A stretch of DNA of 64,000 bases from NCBI GenBank assembly GCA_963809205.1, contig CAWEIS010000002.1, forward strand, positions 50,110 through 114,109, given 5' to 3'. Both the position numbers and the translations under genes were made by a program. Shown piece by piece: positions 46,174-55,397 of the stretch; position 1 is the first letter of the stretch; each line of letters begins with the position of its first letter. The notes beneath the pieces are model-generated. The model was not told the origin of the DNA. It made no database searches and was given only the letters and a program-made list of their open reading frames with translations. Origin of the DNA: an uncultured Actinomycetes bacterium (GTDB lineage Bacteria; Actinomycetota; Thermoleophilia; Gaiellales; JAICJC01).

Positions 46174-47201
46174 TGCTGCGCCGCGCCGCCGTCGCCCTGT
46201 GTGCCGCGGCAGCGCTCAGCGGCTGCACCACTGGCGGAGGCGCTGCTGGCGGTGCCAACGGCACCGATCAGCCGGCGCTCCGCCACCTCGGCCCGGGCGG
46301 CGTCGCCTGGCTGGTCAAGTGGCAGCGATGGAGCCTGCATGCCGCCGACGGCTCGTCGCTGGCGCTCGACTCGCCGCCGGCCCGCGCCGCCGCATCGTGT
46401 GCGACGCTGCGCTCGAAGGTCGGCCCGCCGGCGGATCGCCGGCTCAACCAGGTGTGGGTCAGCGCCCAGCAGGAGTGCGCGTCGATCCAGCGCCTCGCAC
46501 AGACCTCCGACCGCGACGGCCGGCTGAGCGCGGCTGAGCTGCGGGTGGTGAACCGCATCCACGACACGGCGGAACGCTCACTCCACCAGGTCGACCATCT
46601 GCTGGTGATCGGCGAGCCGCCACCGGTGTCGAGCGATCCGACCGACGTCACCCGCATCGACCCGCGGTACGGCGTTGCCGCCGATCGCATCCTCAGCTGG
46701 GGCGATACCACCGGCGGCGCTGCGCCGCAGCACGTGTCAGTGCGCTGCTACGGCGAGGCGGACTGGGCTCCGCTGGCCGAGGAGCAGCGGATCTTCTACC
46801 CGAAGTTCTCGGTTGACGACACGATCGCGTTCGTCGTCACGCAGATGCCGCAGACGGTGTTCCTGTCGCCATCGGTGTGTAGCGGGCTCGACTCTTTGGA
46901 GGCGGGTGACCGGCCGACGGACGAGGGCTCGCTGCTCGAGCTGGGGACGGCGGTCAACGCGCTGGCGCACGAATCGGTGCACCTGACGGGCGTGCTCGAC
47001 GAGGCGGTGACGGAGTGCCGCTCCGTACAGCTGATCGTCGAGGCGGCGAAGACGCTGGGTGTCGATCCGTCGTACGGGGCCAGGATGCGCGACGCGTACT
47101 GGAACGACGCGTATCCCACGTTGGCCTCGGCGTACCGCACGAGCGAGTGCCACGACGGGTCGGCTCTCGACCTCGACTCGACGCGCCACGCCTTCCCCTG
47201 A
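46170..47201 (+). CDS. hypothetical lipoprotein with HExxH motif (possible zinc metallopeptidase)
   Basis: MMLRRAAVALCAAAALSGCTTG has a lipobox. NALAHESVHLTG contains HExxH. The start overlaps the stop of the AP-superfamily gene. Confidence 0.55.
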   Translation: MMLRRAAVALCAAAALSGCTTGGGAAGGANGTDQPALRHLGPGGVAWLVKWQRWSLHAADGSSLALDSPPARAAASCATLRSKVGPPADRRLNQVWVSAQQECASIQRLAQTSDRDGRLSAAELRVVNRIHDTAERSLHQVDHLLVIGEPPPVSSDPTDVTRIDPRYGVAADRILSWGDTTGGAAPQHVSVRCYGEADWAPLAEEQRIFYPKFSVDDTIAFVVTQMPQTVFLSPSVCSGLDSLEAGDRPTDEGSLLELGTAVNALAHESVHLTGVLDEAVTECRSVQLIVEAAKTLGVDPSYGARMRDAYWNDAYPTLASAYRTSECHDGSALDLDSTRHAFP

Positions 47202-47218
47202 CCCGGGACGGCGGTACG

Positions 47219-48883
47219 ATGGACGCGATGGCGACATCGACCCGTTTCTCGCAGCGGCGACAGACGATCGGGCGGGTGCGGGAGATCGCACAGGTCGCCG
47301 CGCGCCACGGATTCGGCTACGTCTTCGAGCGGCGGCCGCTGCGGCGGGGCCAGGAGCCCGAGTCGATGCAGGCCGTCGGCCGCCACCTGCGGGAGATGCT
47401 CGACGAGCTCGGGCCGACGTTCGTCAAGTTCGGCCAGCTGCTTTCGACGCGCCCGGATCTCGTGCCGCCCGAGGTGATCGCCGAGCTCCGGCTGCTGCAG
47501 GACACCGTCTCGCCCTTCCCGTACGAGGAGGCGGAGGAGGTGATCCGCCAGGAGCTGAAGGCCGGCGTCGGCGAACTGTTCGCGAGCTTTGACCCGGTGC
47601 CCGTCGCCGCAGGCTCGATCGGCCAGGTGCACCTGGCCGAGCTGCCGAACGGCCGCAAGGTCGCCGTCAAGGTGCAGCGGCCGAATGCCCCGGCCCAGAT
47701 CGAGGCCGACCTGGTGCTGCTGCGCCGCGTTGCGCGTCTGGTCAAGCAACGCGTGGAGAGCCTCGACTTCATCGACGTCGAGGCGCTGGTCGACGAGTTC
47801 GCGCGGTCGATCCGCAGCGAGCTCGACTACCGCACGGAGGCGCGCAACGCGGACGTGATGCGCAGCAACTTCGCGGAGAACGACCGTGTGCGCATCCCCA
47901 AGGTGTACTGGACGTACTCCGGCATGCGGGTGCTCACGCTGGAGTGGATCTCCGGGCCGAAGCTGGGCGAGCTCGACCTGGTGTCGCTGCCTATGGACGA
48001 GCGGCGGCGGCTCGCGATGCTGCTCGCGGACACGTGGCTCGAGATGATCTTCCGCCACGGCGTCTTCCACGGCGACCCGCATCCGGCGAACATCTTCGTA
48101 CTGGCGGACGGCCGGCTGGGACTGGTCGACTTCGGCATCGTCGGCACGCTGTCGCCGGCCGACATGCGGCGGCTGACCCGGCTGCTGGTGGACGCCGTCA
48201 ACGAGAACGTGGACGCACTGCCGCGGCGGCTGCGCGACCTCGGGGTGCGGTTCTCGCACGAGCAGGAGGAGGAGTTCCGGCTCGAGCTGCGCGAGGTGTT
48301 CTACCGCTATCACGGCGCCGCGATCGGCGAGATCGACCCGATCCAGGTGATTCGCGAGGCGTTCACGCTGATCGCCAGGATGCACCTGCGGATCCCGACC
48401 CGGTTCGCCATGCTGGACAAGACCCTGGCGACGCTGGGCGGCGTCGGCGCGGAGCTCTACCCGGACTTCAACGTGTTCGAGGTGGCCGAGCCGTACGCCC
48501 GCGACCTGGTGTCGTCGGAGCTCTCGCCGCGTGCGCTCTTCGACCGCGGCCGCGAGGAAGCGACGCACATCGGCGCGATCTTGATGGATCTGCCGTACAC
48601 GGTGCACGACACGATCGAGCAGTTCCGCGACGGCGAGATCGAGCTGAAGTTCCGGCACCGCGGCCTGGAGGAGATGACCTCCAAGGCGGACGCCGTCTTC
48701 AACCGCCTCGCGCTGGCGATCGTGGCCGCCGGGGCGTTCATCGGCTCGGGCCTGGTGGCGATCGCGGCCGACAGCGGCCCGGAGGTGTTCGGCGTCAAGG
48801 TCGTCGCCTGGATCGGCTTCCTGGGAGCGCTCGGCGTCGCCGGCATCCTGGTGCTCTCGATCCTGCGCAGCGGGCGCTTGTAA
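47219..48883 (+). CDS. ABC1/UbiB-family atypical kinase
   Basis: ..GPTFVKFGQLLSTRPDLVPPEVI..AAGSIGQVHLAELPNGRKVAVKVQRP..HGDPHPANIFV.., plus a C-terminal TM region. ATG at 47219 (MDAMATS..). Confidence 0.85.
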   Translation: MDAMATSTRFSQRRQTIGRVREIAQVAARHGFGYVFERRPLRRGQEPESMQAVGRHLREMLDELGPTFVKFGQLLSTRPDLVPPEVIAELRLLQDTVSPFPYEEAEEVIRQELKAGVGELFASFDPVPVAAGSIGQVHLAELPNGRKVAVKVQRPNAPAQIEADLVLLRRVARLVKQRVESLDFIDVEALVDEFARSIRSELDYRTEARNADVMRSNFAENDRVRIPKVYWTYSGMRVLTLEWISGPKLGELDLVSLPMDERRRLAMLLADTWLEMIFRHGVFHGDPHPANIFVLADGRLGLVDFGIVGTLSPADMRRLTRLLVDAVNENVDALPRRLRDLGVRFSHEQEEEFRLELREVFYRYHGAAIGEIDPIQVIREAFTLIARMHLRIPTRFAMLDKTLATLGGVGAELYPDFNVFEVAEPYARDLVSSELSPRALFDRGREEATHIGAILMDLPYTVHDTIEQFRDGEIELKFRHRGLEEMTSKADAVFNRLALAIVAAGAFIGSGLVAIAADSGPEVFGVKVVAWIGFLGALGVAGILVLSILRSGRL

Positions 48884-48886
48884 AGA

Positions 48887-48908
48887 CGGGGTCAGACCCC
48901 GTATTTAC
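48887..48908 (+). terminator. putative intrinsic terminator after the UbiB-like gene
   Basis: ACGGGGTC-A-GACCCCGT hairpin begins 4 nt after the TAA stop and is followed by ATTTAC. The T-tract is short, so confidence is moderate. Confidence 0.45.
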
Positions 48909-48988
48909 AGCGCACGTCCTCGCGTGCAACAAAGGGGTCTGACCCCGTTGTTGCGCGGAGCGCCGTCCGGGGGCGTTCGTAGCATGGG

Positions 48989-51307
48989 ATGTCCGTGGAT
49001 CCACTCTGGACATTCGCCCGGTGCGCCGAGGATGAAGCGCTCGCCCTGGCCGGGGAGCTGGGCATTCAGCGCACGACCGCCGAGGTGCTGATCCGCCGCG
49101 GGCACACGTCGCCGGAGGGCGCGCGCGCGTTCATGGAGCAGGACGGCCCCGCCCACGACGCGTTCCTGCTGGGCGACATGGAGGCGGCGTGCGACCGGAT
49201 CGAGCAGGCCATCGCTTCCGGCGAGCGGATCTGCGTCCACGGCGACTACGACGTCGACGGGATCTGCGCGACGGCGCTCGCCGTCCAGGTGCTGGAGGAG
49301 CTCGGCGCCCACGTCGAGTGGCACCTGCCGAGCCGCTTCGAGGAGGGCTACGGCGTCGGTGTCCAGGCGCTCGAGCGGGTCGCGGCCAGCGGCGTCCGCC
49401 TGCTGCTGACGGTGGACTGCGGGATCACCGCCGTCACCGAGGTCGAGCGCGCCCGCGAGCTGGGCATGGACGTGATCATCACCGACCACCACCGGCCCGG
49501 GCCGGCGCTGCCGGATGCCCTGCGGGTCGCCACCCGCCCATCGGACTACCCGTTCCCGGAGCTGTGCGGCAGCGGCGTCGTCTTCAAGCTCGCCGAGGCC
49601 CTGCACCGTCGCGCAGGCCGCGATCCGGCCGACCTCGAGCGGCACCTCGACCTGGTCGCCCTGGCCACCGTCGCGGACGTCGTCCCGCTGCTCGACGAGA
49701 ACCGCCGGCTCGTCCGCGCAGGGCTGCGCCGGCTCGCCCGCACGACGCGTCCCGGCCTGCGGGCGCTGATGGTCGCTGCCCGGGTCGACCGTACGCGGAT
49801 CGGCGCCGGCGACCTCGGCTTCCGGCTCGGCCCGCGGATCAACGCCGCCGGCCGGCTGGGCCACCCCGGCGACGCCCTGGAGCTGCTGCTGACGGACGAC
49901 GAGGGCCGGGCCCGGGAACTCGCGGACAAGCTGGAGACGCTGAACCGCCGTCGGCAGCAGGTCGAGAGCGAGATCCTGGACGGCGCGGTCGCCCAGGTCG
50001 AGGCCGCCGACGGCGAGTGGCGCTCCCGCCGCGCGTACGTGCTCGCCTCGTCCGAGTGGCACGAGGGCGTGATCGGCATCGTCGCCTCGCGGCTGGTCGA
50101 GCGATACGGCCGCCCGGTGGTGCTGATCGCCATCGGCGACGACGAGGCGAAGGGCTCCGGCCGCAGCATCCCGGCGTTCGACCTGCACGGCGGCCTGGCC
50201 GCGGCGGGCGGACACCTGCTGCGCTTCGGCGGCCACCGCGCCGCCGCGGGCCTGTCGATCGACCCGGCCGAGATCGACGCCTTCTCCGCCGCCCTGGCAC
50301 GGCATGCCGACGCGACACTGACGGATGACGACCTGCGCCCGTCGGTGCGGATCGACGCCGTGCTCGCGCCCGGCGAGGTCTCGCTCGACCTGGTCGACGA
50401 GCTGGCCCGGCTCGAGCCGTTCGGGCTGGGCAACCCCGGCGTGACGCTGCTCGCCCCCGCGGCGACGCTGCGCGGCGTCGGCGCGATCGGTGAGGGACGG
50501 CACCTGCGGGCGACGGTCGAGCTCGGCGGCTTTCGCTGCGGCGCGGTCGGCTTCGGCATGGGCCCGCGCGCGGATGCGCTGCAGTCGGGCGGGCGGGTGG
50601 ACGTCGCCTACCGCCTGGGCCGGAACGAGTGGAACGGCGCGGTGGCTGCGCAGATGCTGCTTCGCGCGCTGGTCGCGCTGCCCGAGCTGAACGTCGACCC
50701 GCCACAGCCCCGCGGCGACCGCTCGCACGCCGCCGCAACCGTCGACCTCCGCGGCCGCGGCGTGCAGGTGGCCACCGTTGCGCGCCTCGCAGCGGCCGGC
50801 GAGGACGTGCTGGTCGTGGTCGCCGACCGCGACCGCAGGCGGCGGATGCTCCGCGGCCCGCTGTCGCCCCAGCGGTTCGGCGGCGGGACGGTCGCGCTCG
50901 CCGAGTACGGCGAGCTGGACGGGATCGAGGGCTTCGCCGAGGCGGTCGCGCTCGATCCGCCCTCCGACGCCGAGTCGACGCTGGCGCTGGAGACGCTGGG
51001 CGCCCGGTGCCGTGTGCACCTGGTATGGGGCGCCGCCGAGATCGAGTTCGCCCGCGAGGTGGCCGAGCTGCGCGCGCCGCTCCGCCCGGCGCTGATCGCG
51101 GTCTGGCGCGCCCATCGCACCGGTTCGGCGCCGAACCTGCCTCCCGAGACCGTCGCCGCATGCCTGGCCGTGCTCGCCGAGCTGGGGCTCGACCCGGCGG
51201 CGGCACCCGAGGCGAAGGTCGACCTCGAAGGCTCGCCGACCTACCGCGAGGCGCTCGAACGCTTTGCCCTGGTTGAGCGCCATCTGGGCGCCCATGCCGT
51301 CGGCTGA
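48989..51307 (+). CDS. recJ: single-stranded-DNA-specific exonuclease RecJ
   Basis: DHH-family motifs ICVHGDYDVDGICA and IITDHH, plus DHHA1 GGHRAAAGLS. 772 aa. Confidence 0.9.
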   Translation: MSVDPLWTFARCAEDEALALAGELGIQRTTAEVLIRRGHTSPEGARAFMEQDGPAHDAFLLGDMEAACDRIEQAIASGERICVHGDYDVDGICATALAVQVLEELGAHVEWHLPSRFEEGYGVGVQALERVAASGVRLLLTVDCGITAVTEVERARELGMDVIITDHHRPGPALPDALRVATRPSDYPFPELCGSGVVFKLAEALHRRAGRDPADLERHLDLVALATVADVVPLLDENRRLVRAGLRRLARTTRPGLRALMVAARVDRTRIGAGDLGFRLGPRINAAGRLGHPGDALELLLTDDEGRARELADKLETLNRRRQQVESEILDGAVAQVEAADGEWRSRRAYVLASSEWHEGVIGIVASRLVERYGRPVVLIAIGDDEAKGSGRSIPAFDLHGGLAAAGGHLLRFGGHRAAAGLSIDPAEIDAFSAALARHADATLTDDDLRPSVRIDAVLAPGEVSLDLVDELARLEPFGLGNPGVTLLAPAATLRGVGAIGEGRHLRATVELGGFRCGAVGFGMGPRADALQSGGRVDVAYRLGRNEWNGAVAAQMLLRALVALPELNVDPPQPRGDRSHAAATVDLRGRGVQVATVARLAAAGEDVLVVVADRDRRRRMLRGPLSPQRFGGGTVALAEYGELDGIEGFAEAVALDPPSDAESTLALETLGARCRVHLVWGAAEIEFAREVAELRAPLRPALIAVWRAHRTGSAPNLPPETVAACLAVLAELGLDPAAAPEAKVDLEGSPTYREALERFALVERHLGAHAVG

Positions 51308-51353
51308 ACAGTCAACACTCCACAATGGAGCCGGAAGGGCCGATCAGTAGACT

Positions 51354-53576
51354 GTGGCTATGAACGTGGTGCTCCAGAGCGCAGAGGCCGAACGCCATGA
51401 ACCACTCCTGACGGAGCTGCTCGCGCATGTCTCGGCGTACAACCCGAACCCCGACGGCGAGCTGATCGGCCGGGCGTTCGACTACGCCTGCGAGTACCAC
51501 AAGGGCCAGCGCCGCAACAGCGGCGAGGACTTCATCCACCACCCGTGGAGCGTCGCCGTCATCTGCTGCGACATGAAGCTCGATTCGTCGACCATCGCCG
51601 CCGCGCTGCTGCACGACGTCGTCGAGGACACGGAGGCGGACGCGGACGGCCTGCGCGCGGAGTTCGGCGACGAGGTCACGGTGCTGGTCGAGGGCGTGAC
51701 CAAGCTGTCGCGGATGAACTTCGCCAGCCGCGAGCAGGCCCAGGTCGAGAACTACCGGAAGATGATCATGGCGATGGCGCAGGATCTGCGCGTGATCCTG
51801 ATCAAGTTCGCCGACCGCCTGCACAACATGCGCACCATCGCCGGCCTGCCCAAGCAGAAGCAGGTGCAGAAGGCGAAGGAGACGATCGAGATCTACGCGC
51901 CGCTGGCACACCGGCTGGGCGTCCATTCGATCAAGTGGGAGCTCGAGGACCTGGCGTTCCAGACGCTGCTGCCCCGCCGCTACGCCGAGATCGAGTCGAT
52001 GGTCAACCAGCGCCGCGCCGACCGCGAGCGCTACGTCGACGAGGCGGCCGCGATCCTGTCGAAGGAGCTCGAGGTGCAGGGCATCGAGGCCGACCTGTCC
52101 GGCCGCGCGAAGCACTTCTACTCGATCTACGACAAGATGGCCCAGGGCGGCAAGGAGTTCAACGAGATCTACGACCTGACGGCCATGCGTGTGCTGGTCG
52201 ACTCGGTCAAGGATTGCTACGGCGCGATCGGCATCATCCATTCGCTGTGGAAGCCGATGCCGGGTCGGTTCAAGGACTACGTGGCCATGCCCAAGTTCAA
52301 CATGTACCAGTCGCTGCACACGACGGTGATCGGGCCACAGGGAAAGCCGCTGGAGATCCAGGTGCGCACGCGCGACATGCACATGACCGCCGAGTACGGC
52401 ATCGCCGCCCACTGGCTCTACAAGTCCAAGGGCGACCGCGCCGCCAGCGACGCCGCGCCGATGGCATGGGTCAGCCAGCTGATGGACTGGCAGAACGATG
52501 AACGCGATCCCAAGGAGTTCATGGAGTCGCTGCGGGTCGACCTGTTCTCCGACGAGGTGTACGTGTTCACGCCGGCCGGCGACGTCAAGAGCCTGCCCGC
52601 CGGCGCGACGCCGCTCGACTTCGCGTACGCGGTGCACACGGACGTCGGCCACCGCTGTGTCGGCGCCAAGGTCAACGGCCGGATCGTGCCGCTGCACTAC
52701 ACGCTCAACTCGGGCGACTTCGTCGAGGTGCTGACCTCCAAGAAGGAGCGGGGCCCGTCGCGCGACTGGCTGAACCTGGTCAAGACGTCCCGCGCCCGCA
52801 ACAAGATCCGCCAGTTCTTCAGCCAGCAGCAACGCGAGGATCTCGAGCAGAAGGGCCGCGAGTCGCTGCACCAGGCGCTGAAGTCGAACGGGCTGCCGCA
52901 CCAGAAGGTCGCGGCCTCCCCGCTGCTCGCCGGGATCATCCGCGACATGGGCTTCAAGAAGGCCGACGACTTCTACGTCGCCATCGGCGGCGGGAAGGTG
53001 CAGGTCGGCCAGGTCGTGTCGAAGGTGATCGGCCGGCTGAAGACGACCGAGGTGGTGGCGCCGGAGGAGGAGTTCACGATCAGCCGCCGCGCCCGGCGCC
53101 CAGCCGCGTCCACGACGTACGGGATCGTGGTCGACGGGGCCGCTGACACCGAGGTGCTGGTGCGGATGGCCAAGTGCTGCACCCCGGTGCCGGGCGACGA
53201 CGTGGTCGGCTACATCTCGGTCGGGCGCGGCATCACCGTGCACCGCGAGGACTGCCCGAATGTCCGCGCCCTGCGCCGCAACCCGGAGCGATTCACGGAG
53301 GTTCACTGGGACGACGACAGCCCGGCCACGACCTCGTTCCGCGTCACCATCGCCCTGCAGTCGTGGGACCGCCCGCGCCTGCTCGAAGACGTCGCCCGGA
53401 CCTTCGCCGAGTACGGCTGCAACATCGTCGAGTACGGCGGCCACGTCGCCGATCAGATGGCGCGCAACTGGTACACGGTCGAGGTGGGGGATGTGAAGAC
53501 GCTGCGGTCGCTGCTCTCGGCGCTGAAGAACCTGGAAGCGGTCTTCGACGCCTACCGGGTGACGCCCGGCAGCTGA
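51354..53576 (+). CDS. relA: bifunctional (p)ppGpp synthetase/hydrolase RelA/SpoT (Rel)
   Basis: HD hydrolase domain (HHPWSVA..LLHDVVEDT), synthetase domain (..YQSLHTTVIGPQGKPLEIQVRT..), and TGS and ACT regions. 740 aa. Confidence 0.95.
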   Translation: MAMNVVLQSAEAERHEPLLTELLAHVSAYNPNPDGELIGRAFDYACEYHKGQRRNSGEDFIHHPWSVAVICCDMKLDSSTIAAALLHDVVEDTEADADGLRAEFGDEVTVLVEGVTKLSRMNFASREQAQVENYRKMIMAMAQDLRVILIKFADRLHNMRTIAGLPKQKQVQKAKETIEIYAPLAHRLGVHSIKWELEDLAFQTLLPRRYAEIESMVNQRRADRERYVDEAAAILSKELEVQGIEADLSGRAKHFYSIYDKMAQGGKEFNEIYDLTAMRVLVDSVKDCYGAIGIIHSLWKPMPGRFKDYVAMPKFNMYQSLHTTVIGPQGKPLEIQVRTRDMHMTAEYGIAAHWLYKSKGDRAASDAAPMAWVSQLMDWQNDERDPKEFMESLRVDLFSDEVYVFTPAGDVKSLPAGATPLDFAYAVHTDVGHRCVGAKVNGRIVPLHYTLNSGDFVEVLTSKKERGPSRDWLNLVKTSRARNKIRQFFSQQQREDLEQKGRESLHQALKSNGLPHQKVAASPLLAGIIRDMGFKKADDFYVAIGGGKVQVGQVVSKVIGRLKTTEVVAPEEEFTISRRARRPAASTTYGIVVDGAADTEVLVRMAKCCTPVPGDDVVGYISVGRGITVHREDCPNVRALRRNPERFTEVHWDDDSPATTSFRVTIALQSWDRPRLLEDVARTFAEYGCNIVEYGGHVADQMARNWYTVEVGDVKTLRSLLSALKNLEAVFDAYRVTPGS

Positions 53577-53592
53577 ACTAGACTCGGCGCCG

Positions 53593-54093
53593 ATGGATCT
53601 GCTCGAAGGCGAACGCGTGCTCTGGCAGGGCAACCCGAGCTGGAAGTCGCTGCTGCTGTTCTACGTGAAGTGGACGCTGATCTCGCTGATGCCGCTGTTG
53701 CTCTGGTACCTGTGGGGCGCCGTTGCGAGCGACGCCCCCGGGAGCATCCTGATCACTCTGACGGTGGTCGCACTGGTGGCGACGTTCGTCGGCGGGTGGA
53801 TCAAGCGGGCGACCACCCGCTACCGGGTGACCGACCGCCGGATCAACGTCCGCACCGGGCTGGTCTCCCGGCATGACGCGTCGACCCACCTCGACCGCGT
53901 CCAGAACGTCAACATCAACCAGACGGCGTTCCAGCGCCTGCTCGGCGTCGGCAACATCGACTGGGACACGGCGGGCACGGACAGCGGCGACGCCGACTTC
54001 ACGTTCTACGGCGTCGACGACCCGAGCGGTCTGATGCACATCGTGGACACGGCGCTGCACGCCTCGTCGGGCCAGCGCTCCGGCGGCATCTGA
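53593..54093 (+). CDS. PH domain-containing membrane protein (bacterial PH / YdbS-like)
   Basis: Two N-terminal TM segments, then YRVTDRRINVRTGLVSRHDASTHLDRVQNVNINQTAFQRLLGVGNI... Confidence 0.7.
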   Translation: MDLLEGERVLWQGNPSWKSLLLFYVKWTLISLMPLLLWYLWGAVASDAPGSILITLTVVALVATFVGGWIKRATTRYRVTDRRINVRTGLVSRHDASTHLDRVQNVNINQTAFQRLLGVGNIDWDTAGTDSGDADFTFYGVDDPSGLMHIVDTALHASSGQRSGGI

Positions 54094-54103
54094 GCGGGCG
54101 GGC

Positions 54104-54463
54104 GTGAGCGGGGACGAGGCGCATGCCGATGCCATCCGCGCCTTCGCGCTGCGGTTTCCGGACGCGCGCGAGGATCATCCCTTCGGCCCCGGCGCACACG
54201 TCTTCAAGGTGGGCGACGGCAGCACCATGTTCGCGATCCTGGGCGACGGCCCACCGGTCACGGTCACGCTGAAGCTGACCCGGGAGGAGCGGGAGGTGGC
54301 GCTCGAGCTGCCGTTCGCCACCGAGGCGCGGTACGTCGGCCGCTACGGCTGGGTGACGGCCAGCATCGAGGATGAGCCGGCGTTCGAGGCCGTCTGCGAG
54401 TGGATTCGCGAGAGCTACTGGCTGAAGGCGCCGAAGCATCTGCGCGAGTCCGCCTGGTCCTAG
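54104..54463 (+). CDS. MmcQ/YjbR family DNA-binding protein
   Basis: ..ALRFPDAREDHPFGPGAHVFKVGDGSTMFAIL..YVGRYGWVTASI.. is typical of YjbR-like proteins. 119 aa. Confidence 0.75.
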   Translation: MSGDEAHADAIRAFALRFPDAREDHPFGPGAHVFKVGDGSTMFAILGDGPPVTVTLKLTREEREVALELPFATEARYVGRYGWVTASIEDEPAFEAVCEWIRESYWLKAPKHLRESAWS

Positions 54464-54954
54464 GGCTCCCAGGGCTCGCCGCCGGTGTCCCACCCCAGCA
54501 GGCAGTGCGGCGAGAGCAGCTCGGCGACCCGCTCCAGGAACCCGCGGTCGGCGTCGCCGAACGCCGCAGGCTCGTCGGAGTCGATGTCGATCTCGGCAAC
54601 GACGATGTCGTCGTAGCGAACGGGCACGACGATCTCCGACCTGGTCGACAGGAAGCAGGACAGGTAACGCGGGTCGGCGTTGACGTCGTCGACGATCTCC
54701 GTGCGGCCGCTGGCCGCGGCGGCGCCGCACACGCCCTGACCGACCGGGATCCGCACGTGCTCGGTCGCCGCCGGGCCGCGCCAGGGGCCGAGCACCAGGT
54801 CGCCCTCCTCGACGAAGTAGATGCCCACCCACGAGTAGTGCTCAACTCGGTCGTGGAGCACGTCGACCGTCTGGCGGACGATCTCGTCCACCTCGGACTC
54901 GCGGTCGATGATCGCCTCGATCTCGGCCAGCGCGGCCGCGTAGGCGTCGCTCAC
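54460..54954 (-). CDS. GAF domain protein (free methionine-(R)-sulfoxide reductase-like)
   Basis: ..YSWVGIYFVEEGDLVLGPWRGPAATEHVRIPVGQGVCGAAAASGRTEIVDDVNADPRYLSC..EIVVPV.. Confidence 0.75.
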   Translation of the reverse strand: MSDAYAAALAEIEAIIDRESEVDEIVRQTVDVLHDRVEHYSWVGIYFVEEGDLVLGPWRGPAATEHVRIPVGQGVCGAAAASGRTEIVDDVNADPRYLSCFLSTRSEIVVPVRYDDIVVAEIDIDSDEPAAFGDADRGFLERVAELLSPHCLLGWDTGGEPWEP

Positions 54955-55397
54955 GCCGACTCCAGCTCGTGCTCGAACCGCTCGACGGCCGAGCGCACGC
55001 CGGGATCGACCGGTATCGGGCGCCGATTCGCCAGGTCTACCTGCACCATCGTCTGCCGAGCCGACACCAGATGCTGCCCAGTCGCAGTGTTGTCCGCCTC
55101 GAACTCCCAGATCATGCTGCTGGTGCCGATCCGGGCGACGCGGACGAACACGTCCAGCAGGTCGTCGAAGCGGGCCGGCGCGTGGTACTCGACGTGCTGC
55201 GCGCGCATCACCAGCTCCGGATCGTGCGGCTCGTGCTCCAGCAGGCCGAGGTCGCGCAGATACTCGACCCGGGCGCGGTCGAAGTACGGCATGTACCGGC
55301 CGTAGTAGACGATGCCCTGCGCGTCCGTCTCGTCGAACCCGACCCTGGTGCTGTACGAGAAGCGGAAGAGCGGGCGGCGATCGTCAAGGGGCGTCAC
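54951..55397 (-). CDS. acyl-CoA thioesterase (4HBT / YbgC-like hotdog fold)
   Basis: GTG in a GTGA overlap with the upstream phosphomannomutase stop. ..RVGFDETDAQGIVYYGRYMPYFDRARVEYLRDLG... Confidence 0.8.
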   Translation of the reverse strand: MTPLDDRRPLFRFSYSTRVGFDETDAQGIVYYGRYMPYFDRARVEYLRDLGLLEHEPHDPELVMRAQHVEYHAPARFDDLLDVFVRVARIGTSSMIWEFEADNTATGQHLVSARQTMVQVDLANRRPIPVDPGVRSAVERFEHELESA

